Below are positions 1-10,422 of a DNA stretch of 64,000 nt, in pieces; position 1 is the first letter of the stretch; each line of letters begins with the position of its first letter. Below the pieces are notes generated by a model. It saw only the letters and a list, made by a program, of their open reading frames with translations, was not told the origin of the DNA and made no database searches. The position numbers and the translations under genes were made by a program. Origin of the DNA: Takakia lepidozioides (taxonomy: Eukaryota; Plantae; Bryophyta); the NCBI GenBank assembly GCA_030704615.1, contig CM060732.1:72044001-72108000 (forward strand), given 5' to 3'.

Positions 1-3000
1 ATGAAATACCCCGGATCGGCAGCGGCCATAGACGAACTTGACACGGAGTCGGCAGGTCCCCTCCAGCAGACCGCTGATTTCATCACTCCTCAGGAGACCA
101 CAGCAGACCGCGACAGACCTTAAGAGACCCCAGCAGACCTCATCACACCAAACCACAGTGAAGCACACGCCATCAATCATGAGCATGACTCCGCGCACCT
201 GGGCAGACCGAACCACGCCTCAACAGACCTCATACCTGAGACTGGACCAATTGGACAGGGTGAAGACTATGCCCATTTCCCCTCCACTGTGGGCATTTTT
301 GGGGTGTGGAGATCGCCGTTACCGGTGGCGCCGAAGAACGCAGAGGATCCTACACTTCCCCGCTTCAGGATTGGTGACACAAGTGCCCATGTGGACTGGT
401 ACAGTGACCTGCATCACATTGTAACGGGCCGGAGGTGGCCCTTTGTCCCTTATCTCTATTCCATGGAGTATACTACGGAAGAAGCCAACCATGTTCTGGA
501 GCAAGCAGGGAAAGTTGTTGTTTCTTCTTTGAGTGAAGTAAATGAATCGCCACTCCTTGTTCAGCTCCTCTTTATGGATGACCCTCGCCCGGAGGAGGTG
601 CGGCATATGGGTATGGCACACCCAACATTCGGTGTCCGCAAGAAGCACTTGTCCACAGTGACTGCAGTCCACTTCGACCGGATGGCATCATCGTTCCTTC
701 AGCATCGGTGGATGCAGTTTGGAAATTTCACATCATACAAGAAGTTGCTGAAGGACTTGCCCACTCTTCGGCAAGACTTCCTACATGGATCACAGGCATG
801 AGAGTCTGTTACAGACGGATCACAAGCACGAGAGTCTGTTGTAGATGAGGCTATGTTGTGGTTCTCGTATGTAATGGAGCGTGCTGTCTTTGACATTGTC
901 TTGCTCAAACCAGACGTGTTCAGAGTATTGTGGTCTGGCTCGCCGCATCACGACTGCAGTTCCGCGCTTGCCCACCTTGATTCCGCACTGCTGGACCGCC
1001 AAATTAAGGACATCGGACTCGTTGGAAATTTGCTGGAAGGTACTCGCGCGCTGCTCTATCTCATTCATTGCTCCCCGCCCCCCCCGCCAATCCTCCACCG
1101 CATGGCAGAGCAGGACAGGCAGCAGACTGACAAAACTGCCAATGAGAGTGCACAGACGACCAAAGAGGAGACTACCCTGGACACTGTAGAGTACACTGGC
1201 CAAGAGACTAACCAGGATAAAGGGCAGGAGACTGCCGTGGGTGCAGATGGCGGTCTGCTCCTGCGTCTGAGAATCCCTTCCACCAGACTCCACATTACTC
1301 TGCCCAAGAGACTACACACAGGTCTGCTCAGACAAGTTCACAAGACTCTGGTCAGCAGACAACACAAGACTCTGCCGAGGTGACTGCCCTGCTTAGAGAG
1401 TCTGCCCAGAAGACTACAGCAGACTCTGCCTACCCGACTGCACATGAGTCTGCCCATGTGACTGCAGCAGCAGACCCTGCCCGCCAGACTGCGAATGAGT
1501 CTGCCCAGGTGACTGCAGCAGCAGACCCTGCCCACCAGACTGCGCATGAGTCTGCCCAAGTGACTGCAGCAGCGGACCCGTCCCACCCGACTGCGCATGA
1601 GTTTGCCCAGGAGACTGCAAAAGCAGGCCCTGCCCACCGGACTGCGCATGAGTCTGTCTGGTTGACTTCAGCAGACACACCCCAACAGACTGCAGTAAAC
1701 AATTCCCAGCAGATTGCAGCAGACCCTCTCCAGCAGACTGAACAGATGACTGCACTTGAGTTTTCCAATGAGACTTCTTCAAAGTATGTCTAGCAGATTG
1801 ATATACAGCCCGCCCAGAAGAGTTTCAATGAGGCGGAAGTTGAGGACGTCCGCAAGCAGACTTTGCCTTCACCGTCTCCGTGTGCTCCTGCTCCTGCCAA
1901 TGTTGGGTCAACAACAAAGACAGGCGGTCTGCTCACACCGCCCGATTCTCGTGTTAGTTCAACGCATGCCATTCGTGAGGCTGCGAGGACTCGACCGGCA
2001 AGTGTCAACAAACCGACTGACACTCTTCTGCTGCGCAACAAAGCTGCAATATTGCGGCAGTCTGGGCAAGTCGTCCCAGACATTGCGGTAGAAAGCGTCT
2101 CCGTCGGAGCAGAAAGAGGAAAAGCCCAAAAACGTCTAGTCATTGAGGCGGTCAAGGAGACTAGAGAGGGTCATGTTCAAAAGAGACCAGCCAGGAAAGG
2201 CAAGTCAAATGTGTTTATGAACAAGGACCGCTGATTGTGTTTGGACATGGACAAGGAGGTGGGAGAGTTACTGGCGTCGAAGAAGTAAGTCGTATGTGTC
2301 TGCTGCTCGGTCGTGTTCTTTTAAAGTTGCCTTTGCAGGTATGTATTTTCTAGCAGTCTACTGGCTTCTTGTCTGCAGTCTTGTAAGGCCTGTACTCGGT
2401 CTGCTGTGACTGTGCCCCACAGTTGTGTTTGTTGACTTTGTTGAATGTCAGGTCTGTTGTTCGGTCTGCTGTGACAATGCAGTCTACTGTCCGAATGTCC
2501 ACTGTCCGATTGTCGGGTCTGTTGGTCGGTCTGCTAAGAGTCTCCCTTGACTTTGGTTTCTGGACTTTCTGGTAATTCAGTTCCCCTCATCGGTCTGCTA
2601 AGACTGTGCAGCAGACTGATGTTTTTGGACATTGTGGAATGAGTGATGTCTTGGTGGGGTCTGACTGTATGTGCAAGATTGAAAGTCATTTCCGGCGATT
2701 GATGTCCATACATGTAGCTGCTGGGAATAGCATGGTGTATTTTTTCGAAGGAGACTCGCAGTTCCGATGTGGCATTGCGCCGGAAGACATGAAAGCACTG
2801 AACGTGGTTGAGTCGGAGTGCTTGGACAGACTTTTGGATGTCTGGTGTCGTTTTTTCGAGAACACCCTAGACTCGAGGACGTATGGCACTGTCGCTCTTT
2901 TGCCAACGTCGACGTGGTCTGTTTTCCAGACTTTTGACACAGCCCCACGCGAAACTTTGGTGGCAAACCTTGATGGTGCCTTGACTCCTGCACGACTTGA

Positions 3001-3754
3001 CAAAGACATTAAAGACTGCACTCATATATTGGTGCCGGTCTTGCAAGGGTAAGATCCGACGGACTTGTTGCACATTTTGCTGTCTGCTGAGTGTTGGGTC
3101 TTCTATGTGTGTTCGACCTCATGGTCTGTTCGACTGTCGTGTGAGTTGGACGTCATGGTCTGTTCGACTCCTGCACTCTTGGACTGTTGGTCTGCTGGAC
3201 TGCTAGTCTGTTGCATCAATTGGAGTGTTGTGTGCGTTCGGCGGTTGGCCATTTGGACAACCGAGTATGTTTGTCTGTTGGTCTGTAGAGTCTGTTGGGT
3301 TTGGGACTAATGAAATTGTCGGGCATGTTCATTTTTACATTGAAGGTGCCACTGGAGCGTCATTATCATCGACCTAAGGAAAGGCGCCTACACCCACTTG
3401 AACTCCCGGAGGGAAATGCATACTTGCGTACAGCTCCTTGGTTGGATTCGGAAGGTGCATGCAGGGTGCTTTGGATATGCTGTTGGGACTCCACAATGGG
3501 ATGAAGTAATGACATTTCAGTTCAACTCTCCCGAAGTGCCCCAACAACCTTTCAGTTGAGAGTGTGGGTTTTACATGATGTCTTTCATTGAAGGGTATTA
3601 CGACTGGCTGAAAGGCGATAGGCAGAAAACCAAAGAGAGAGGACAAGCCTTCACACCAAGGTGGTTCAATTTCAGGTTTCCGTTACTGCAACGATTGCAG
3701 TGTGTAAAGTATATCCGCCGTGGTTTGGATGATGCAGAAAAACTGCTCCATTGA
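1..3754 (+). pseudogene. Transposon accessory gene: uncharacterised N-terminal domain, low-complexity repeat linker and C-terminal Ulp1/SUMO-like protease (peptidase C48)
   Basis: ORF 289-801 is homologous to 25909-26595. Exon 2606-3048 ends HILVPVLQG; after a GT-AG intron (3049-3345), exon 3346-3754 reads CHWSVIIIDLRKGAYTHLNS...EVPQQPFS*ECGFYMMSFIE, i.e. the HW...DS...PQQ...CG C48 signature. There is an in-frame TGA at 3557-3559 and further stops/frameshifts upstream. Confidence 0.8.
1385..1660 (+). repeat. 51-bp coding tandem repeat (~5 copies; 17-aa unit TAHESAQVTAAADPAHQ)
   Basis: ATGAGT(C/T)TG recurs at ~1444, 1495, 1546, 1597 and 1648; the unit is visible in ORF 1380-1793. Confidence 0.9.
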
Positions 3755-4448
3755 GGAAATAAATATATACATTCAATGTTGTTTCAATTCACATTCTGAA
3801 TGATGTAATATTTTCTTAGATGAAGGCCTACATGCACTCATACTGTTCCCACCTATGCAAGTTCGTCAAAAGAAGTCGTGCAATGGCCGAACAATACAGT
3901 CCAGTAGACAACCACCCCACATCCTCACTTGGGCAGACTACTTGGTTCTACTATTAACTACTATTAGCAAACTACAACACTCTCCGTCTGTTTGACCAGT
4001 CTGCCGCGCACTCTGCTGGCCGCTGAGCAGTCTGCCGGCTAGTCTGTTGCATGCTGAGAAGTCTATCGCGCAGTGTGCTGGCCGCTCATCAGTCTGCTTG
4101 GCAGAGTGTGTGGCACTTTGATGCATAGTTATATGTGTGCAATTGGGCTCCGTGTCTGGGCGAGTACGCTCCGTGGGAGCAGTCCGATGGACAGTGCAGA
4201 AGACCACAGAGTCAGTCCATATTGTATGTCTGCTGGACCACCCAGTCTGTTAGTCGAAAACCATCAACAGACTTGGTAGTGTTATTCTGTACTCATGCAG
4301 TCTGCTTAGTAGTCTGTTTGGCCATTTCCGCGGTCTGTTGAGCAGAATGCCCAGTCTTCCGCAACTGGACGGTGGGGCGCTCTGAGCTCTGATGGAATGC
4401 ACTTCGAGGCTGTTAATGATGCAAATATGTATGCACTCTCAAGCACAT

Positions 4449-5177
4449 TGTCGCGGCCCTTTGCCTTGAGGGCAGGGGGTCGGGACACATGAGGGGCTGC
4501 CCCTGTGGTGGGGGCAGCGGCAGCGATAGGTATGGGGGGCTGAAGCACCCTTGAGTGCCCAAGGCACTCAAGGAGGCGGAGGCGCTCACTAGGTGGAGCC
4601 CCGCACACCGGGTTGCGGTGGGGGTGGCTCCACAAGGGGTGGTGGTAGCTTAGCGGGACTTAGTGGGGGTGGCATATGACTCACCATGGGGGCGGAGACC
4701 TCGTGGTGGGAGTCGTGGGGAGTCTTGGGACTCATCACGGTCCATAGGGGCCGTGGTGAGTGGGCCAAGACTCACCGCGACTCATCACCGGGAGTCGAGG
4801 GTTTTCGTGGTGGTTCGCCATAAAATGGCATGGCTGGTTGTGAAACCCCCGCGGACAGCTACAGAAGTATATATAAGGGGAGTAGTGACCCCGAGAACGG
4901 TGCAAGCCCGTTGGTGACCAAAAACTAGTGAGTAAGCGAGCGAGCCGGAAAGCGACCAAAGAGTGGGGAGCTGTTCCGGACTGCCATCTACCAAAGGGAA
5001 TTCCACTAGGCCCAAATAGGTGGAGGGTTTAGTGGGAGAGCGAAGGGGGGACCGTTATGTCCCGGTGAGCAGCCGAAGCTCCAAGTTGGCCCGGCGGCCA
5101 GGTTGGGAGTCAGGCGCGCGCATCAAAGCGAGTAACTATGACTTGAAGGGGAGCTTACCGAAGTGAGGTGCGCGACA
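4449..5177 (+). mobile_element. 5' LTR of Ty3/gypsy (Galadriel-like) copy 1
   Basis: TGTCGCG...CGCGACA inverted termini and an internal TATATAA. Near-identical to the reverse complements of 8605-9331, 27927-28646 and 31146-31868. Confidence 0.93.
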
Positions 5178-5179
5178 CT

Positions 5180-5191
5180 TGGTATCAGAGC
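5180..5191 (+). promoter_or_regulatory. Primer-binding site (tRNA-iMet)
   Basis: TGGTATCAGAGC 2 nt after the LTR end. Confidence 0.92.
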
Positions 5192-5232
5192 TTAGAGTTC
5201 AGTACGTGATCGTCCTTGGGATTGGCCTCATT

Positions 5233-5800
5233 ATGGGGTCGGGCAAGCCAAAGCGAAAGCGGAACGGCCCAAAAAAATAATGATCCTAGTGAGCCCGATG
5301 GGGGCGATGTGTCACCGGAGCGGCCGTTTGAGGAAGCGATGCAGGTTTCTGAAAACGAGGCCGCTCAAGAGCGGGAGGAATCTGAGGAGTCGGAGCCCGA
5401 GGAATCCCTGAGAGCTCCGACAGACCAACAGATGCCTCCCATGCCGGCAGCTTTTTGGGAAGGGTTGTTGGCGCAGTTTGGCGGGACGTTGAAAGACGTG
5501 TTGAAGGCGGCTAATGCCACTTCCGCTAAGGCAAAGTTTAAGGTGAAGCCTAAGGAACCCGGTACCTTCGAGGGCGTCCAAAATCGGAAGGCACTCAACA
5601 CCTGGCTCTTGGAGCTAGAGCAGTACTTCCGGGCGGCCAAGTTGAGTGACGAGGATCGGGTGGAAGTGGCTCCCACCTATTTGAGGGGCTATGCTCAACA
5701 ATGGTGGCAGAAACGCCTTCATGACCGAGGTCCAAGCCCGGAAACCTTGAACTGGAGTGGGTTCAAGGAATTGATGAAGAGACAGTTTGTGCCCCTCAAC
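5233..5800 (+). pseudogene. gag: Truncated gag of gypsy copy 1
   Basis: ATG of [10 protein letters not shown] at 5233, a frameshift in the A-run near 5271, then [12 protein letters not shown]...LEQYF...QWWQ. It breaks off at ...FVPLN (5800). Confidence 0.88.
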
Positions 5801-6530
5801 TGATGAGGAGGACCCCACTCTTCCGAAGTTTCGTTGTGGGGAAAGCAATCGGCATCTGGACTGGTACAATGAGCTTCACCGCATCGTCGCCTCCCAGTGG
5901 ATCTTTGCTCCGCAACACTCCTCAATGGATTTCACGGCGGAGGAGGCCACCCGTGTTGTGGACAAAGCCCGTGAGTATGGAGTGGCGCTTCTGGCAGAGG
6001 AGACCGAGCCACCGCTTATCGCGCAACTCTTTCTCATGCACGACCCACGCCCACTGGTTATAAGGCACATGGCCATCGCCCACCCAATATTTGGTGTTCG
6101 TCCGAAGCACTTAGCGAGCTTGACAGAGACTGCTTTTGAGGAGATGGCAAATTGTTTCCTCCGCCGTCAATGGATGCAATTTGGCAATTTCAAGTCTTAC
6201 ACCAAATTAAAAAAAGACCTTCACAACCTGCGGATGGACCTACTGCACGGAAGCGAAGAGGCTCGGGAAAGCATGTCGGCTGATGAAAGATATTGGACTA
6301 TGGACCACAGTCCTAGATCATGGTATGTCATCAGACCTAACAGACCTTGTTAACAGACCTTTTAAACAGACCTTGTCATTGACCACGAACGCAGACCTTC
6401 TAGCAGACTTTATGAACCATGACAACCAACAGAGTTCTGAAGCAGACCACGTCAAGCATCAAACCCCCATGTATTCTTCTGTTTGTTAGCAGACCATGGA
6501 TGAGTGCTTTGTTTTTTACGTGTTTGTGAC
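5801..6530 (+). repeat. Near-identical ectopic copy of MULE-2 accessory-gene segment 26043-26770
   Basis: Only a few substitutions relative to 26043-26770; the ORF 5787-6353 protein is almost identical to the C-terminal part of 25909-26595. Confidence 0.93.
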
Positions 6531-7376
6531 CGTGGTTGCCCGAGTCATGTTCAATTGTCGGGGTTTCGTGCACTTCTTGGCCATGTGCCCGGGCTCTCCG
6601 CAATTGAAACACACTCCATCAAAGGTCGCCTTCTGTCCGCTATAAGCCGCTCCACCCGCTTTTCCTTTTGAAGCACCGGGTGCCGCCTTGACGTGTGAAG
6701 GCCCTCCCTTCGATTTCCACGTGCCATTGTCGCCGCGTGGCCTATCCCACTTCTTTTCCGGTCGGAAGGAGTCACCTTCCCGCCGGGTCTTCTTGTGGTT
6801 CAGCTCCGTACGGCCTTGTCTTTCACCCCTAGGGACATCTGAGAAACATTCAGCCCTCTCAATTGCCTCGTTCAAAGTCTTAGGTGGCTTCTCCTCCAAC
6901 TTCCGCCTGGCCCATGGGGCCAGTCCCGCCACAAAGTTGAAGACCATTTCCGGTTCTGCCATGTCCACGACTTCGAGCAAAAGCACATTGAAAGCCTGGA
7001 CATATCCCCGAATGTCATCTGTTTGCTTCAAATTCCTCATCTTGTCCCGGGCAAGCCAGGACGCGTTGAGGGGCACACTCTTCATCAATTCCTTGAACCC
7101 ACTCCAGTTCAAGGTTTCCGGGCTTGGACCTCGGTCGTGAAGGCGTTTCTGCCACCATTGTTGAGCATAGCCCCTCAAATAGGTGGGAGTCACTTCCACC
7201 CGATCCTCGTCACTCAACTTGGCCGCCCGGAAGTACTGCTCTAGCTCCAAGAGCCAGGTGTTGAGTGCCTTCCGATTTTGGACGCCCTCGAAGGTGCCGG
7301 GTTCCTTAGGCTTCACCTTAAACTTTGCCTTAGCGGAAGTGGCATTAGCCGGCATTAGTGGCATTAGACTCTCGCA

Positions 7377-8102
7377 TTAGCTGATATCGTAGCTTTTCCA
7401 ATGTACGAAATACTCAAAACGTTTATACTTGATGCGAGAGTCTAGGACTTCGTCGACTTCATACTCGATTTCCTGATTGACTTCAATTGGTGGAGGTGCT
7501 ACGGAAACTCTCACTAGAATATTCGATGGATGATACAACTCCAATAATAAAACATGAAAGACTGGATGGATGCGCATACTTTGTGGGAGTTCAAGCCGAA
7601 AACTGACCGCATTTATTTGTCGAATAATTTTGAATGGTCCCAGGCGTTGATAATCCAACTTCCTTGATGGTCGCGAGATTTGTATGTCCCGTCGAAGAAG
7701 CCACACACGATCTCCGACCTTGAACTGGGGTTGGAGTTGGCGATGTTGATCTTCATATGCTTGTATTGTTTTTGAGCTTCTGCGAGGTGGAATGTAAGCT
7801 CCTTGTGAATCGTAGCAAGATGAGTAACAAGGTTTTCTGCAGCAGGGCTTCCAACAGTCTTCATGTGGAAAGGGTTTGCTCGAGGATGATGACCATAATT
7901 GGAGAAAAATGGAGTTTGCTTGGTCGAAGAATGTATAGTGTTGTTGTAGGCAAACTCAGCCAATGACAAAAGGTCCATCCAATTATCTTGGTGATAATTT
8001 ATCGTACAGCAAAAATACTGCTCCAAAATCTGGTTTACACGTTCGGTTTGACCATCAGTCTGTGGATGATTAGCTGTAGAGAGTTGATCTTAGTATCCAA
8101 TA
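7377..8102 (-). pseudogene. Chromovirus (Tcn1-like) integrase C-terminal half with GPF motif and chromodomain
   Basis: [18 protein letters not shown]...AEFAYNN...[12 protein letters not shown]...IHPVFHV...EYEVDEVLDSRIKYKRFEYFVHWKSY; frameshifted and more AT-rich than the flanking gag. Confidence 0.88.
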
Positions 8103-8275
8103 TGTGGGCGTTGAATGAAGCACGCACCCTGTCACACACCATGCACCTAGCCACGAACTGTTGCACCTCTGTATGCATACCACGCCATCAATACTGCCCC
8201 TGCAGTAAACTGTGAGTGCGTCGCACTCCAAAATGCCCCAACTCCTCATGGGCATGCCGCACTAACCGTGCACGC
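8103..8275 (-). pseudogene. Gypsy integrase HHCC zinc-binding fragment
   Basis: The minus strand reads RARLVRHAHEELGHFGVRRTHSLLQGQY*WRGMHTEVQQFVARCMVCDRVRASFN. Confidence 0.85.
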
Positions 8276-9331
8276 TGTGTGGGGTGTCTTTCAACGTCCC
8301 GCCAAACTGCGCCAACAACCCTTCCCAAAAAGCTGCTGGCATGGGAGGCATCTGTTGGTCTGTCGGAGCTCTCAGGGATTCCTCGGGCTCCGACTCCTCG
8401 GATTCCTCCCGCTCTTGAGCGGCCTCGTTTTCAGAAACCTGCGTCGCTTCCTCAAACGGCCGCTTCGGTGACACGTCGCCCCCATCGGGCTCACCAGGAT
8501 CATCATGTTTTGGGCCGTTCCGCTTTCGCTTTGGCTTGCCCGACCCCATGATGAGGCCAATCCCAAGGACGATCACGTACTGAACTCTAAGCTCTGATAC
8601 CAAGTGTCGCGCACCTCACTTCGGTAAGCTCCCCTTCAAGTCATAGTTACTCGCTTTGATGCGCACGCCTGACTCCCAACCTGGCCGCCGGGCCAACTCG
8701 GAGCTTCGGCTGCTCACCGGGACATAACGGTCCTCCTTTGCTCTCCCACTAAACCCTCCACCTATTTTGGGCCTAGTGGAATTCCCTTTGGTAGATGGCA
8801 GTCCGGAACAGCTCCCCACTCTTTGGTCGCTTTCCGGCTCGCTCGCTTACTCACTAGTTTTTGGTCACCAACGGGCTTGCACCGTTCTCGGGGTCACTAC
8901 TCCCCTTATATATACTTCTGTAGCTGTCCGCGGGGGTTTCACAACCAGCCATGCCATTTTATGGCGAACCACCACGAAAACCCTCGACTCCCGGTGATGA
9001 GTCGCGGTGAGTCTTGGCCCACTCACCACGGCCCCTATGGACCGTGATGAGTCCCAAGACTCCCCACGACTCCCACCACGAGGTCTCCGCCCCCATGGTG
9101 AGTCCTATGCCACCCCCACTAAGTCCCGCTAAGCTACCACCACCCCTTGTGGAGCCACCCCACCGCAACCCGGTGTGCGGGGCTCCACCTAGTGAGCGCC
9201 TCCGCCTCCTTGAGTGCCTTGGGCACTCAAGGGTGCTTCAGCCCCCATACCTATCGCTGCCGCTGCCCCCACCACAGGGGCAGCCCCTCATGTGTCCCGA
9301 CCCCCTGCCCTCAAGGCAAAGGGCCGCGACA

Positions 9332-10422
9332 TGCGGGGTTCAGGTCTTTCCACATGCGGACGCTGTCAGCATCTTTGGCATGCTTTTTGAACGTCTGCCA
9401 CGCCCGTTTCTCAACCAGGTTGCAGACATCTTGCTCGAGGAGGAAATCATCACGTGTCCATGCATCTCCCAAACCTGTGTTGTTCATGACATGCTCCTTG
9501 TGTTCCATCATGATTTGTGCGACTGTGAGGCCTCGGCACAAACACTCAACGACCCAGGCTTTCAATTCCTGGCTAATGCGGGGTGCATAGGCTGCCCGTG
9601 TGTTCCTGAACTCTGCGGTCTTGCCATGGGAGGGTTTCCCTTGGGCATCGACGTGCTCCATGTTGTTGTAGTATGTGAGGACACAAATGTCCGGGGCAAG
9701 ATAAGATTGCTGCACTTTGAAACAACAAAGGCACCCGCGCTTGTACGACTCTCGTAGTCTGACTTCTTCCTTCTTGGGCCTTTATGCGGGTGTTTAGTGC
9801 CAACACCCACATCCGGACCTCCACGCTTTTGTTTTGGATCCTCAACAGTTGCATTGACCGTGCGCTTGTCGTTGGGTCCGTAGCAGCATTGATACCTATC
9901 AAATGGAATTCAAAAGCCAAAATATCAACCGCCTATGGACTTATGGAAGCCATAGTCGGAGACAAATACAAATCACAACAACAATGCAGTGAGATCCCTA
10001 AACCACAATGAGGATGGTGCACACATGATACTGCTCAAGAAGGTGTTCCCTCTGGGAGCTTTCCGCACTCCGGTGTCCACATGTACCCAATATTGAGTGG
10101 GGCAGTCCTCCACACTCTCTTCTCCATGGACGAAGTCCGCAACTCTATCCCAAGGTATACATGCCTTTTTAACACGCACTTGCACCCCCCTAAACCCATA
10201 TTGCGTTTCACACTTCCAATGGATGTCCTTATTGTTGAAAGGTCCTGGTTTCGGTGTTTGCAGACTTTGTCGAAGAGGGCGTATAAGCCGGCTCTCAAAT
10301 TGCTGAATGTCGTCGGCTTCCGCTCCTACGTCCATGCCCTGTACAGTGCAGAACACATGCTCCAGAAGAACCTGCAACGAAAGCGCCGCAGGACACGATG
10401 GAGAACGTGCACGGAGAAACAT
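9332..10422 (-). pseudogene. N-terminal part of a MULE/SWIM-type transposase (AT1G60560/AT4G13970-like)
   Basis: IPWDRVADFVHGEE...CPT, then after an intron (~9896-10024) YQCCYGP...RGCLCCFKVQ...YYNNMEHVDAQGKPSHG...DADSVRMW; cut off by the LTR at 9331. Confidence 0.82.

Larger units (their letters stand above)
6531..9331 (-). mobile_element. Gypsy copy 2: 5' LTR 8605-9331, PBS 8591-8602, and gag split by a ~0.93-kb filler
   Basis: Gag with CCHC knuckle [14 protein letters not shown] (ORF 6516-7364), gag N-terminus 8286-8550, and GCTCTGATACCA next to the TGTCGCG LTR end. Confidence 0.92.

Noticed and set aside
4449-9331. A single element with inverted terminal LTRs (DIRS-like or giant TIR)
   Set aside because: Both ends are PBS-adjacent 5' LTRs, the flanks (CACAT vs TGCGG) are not a TSD, and no tyrosine recombinase is visible.
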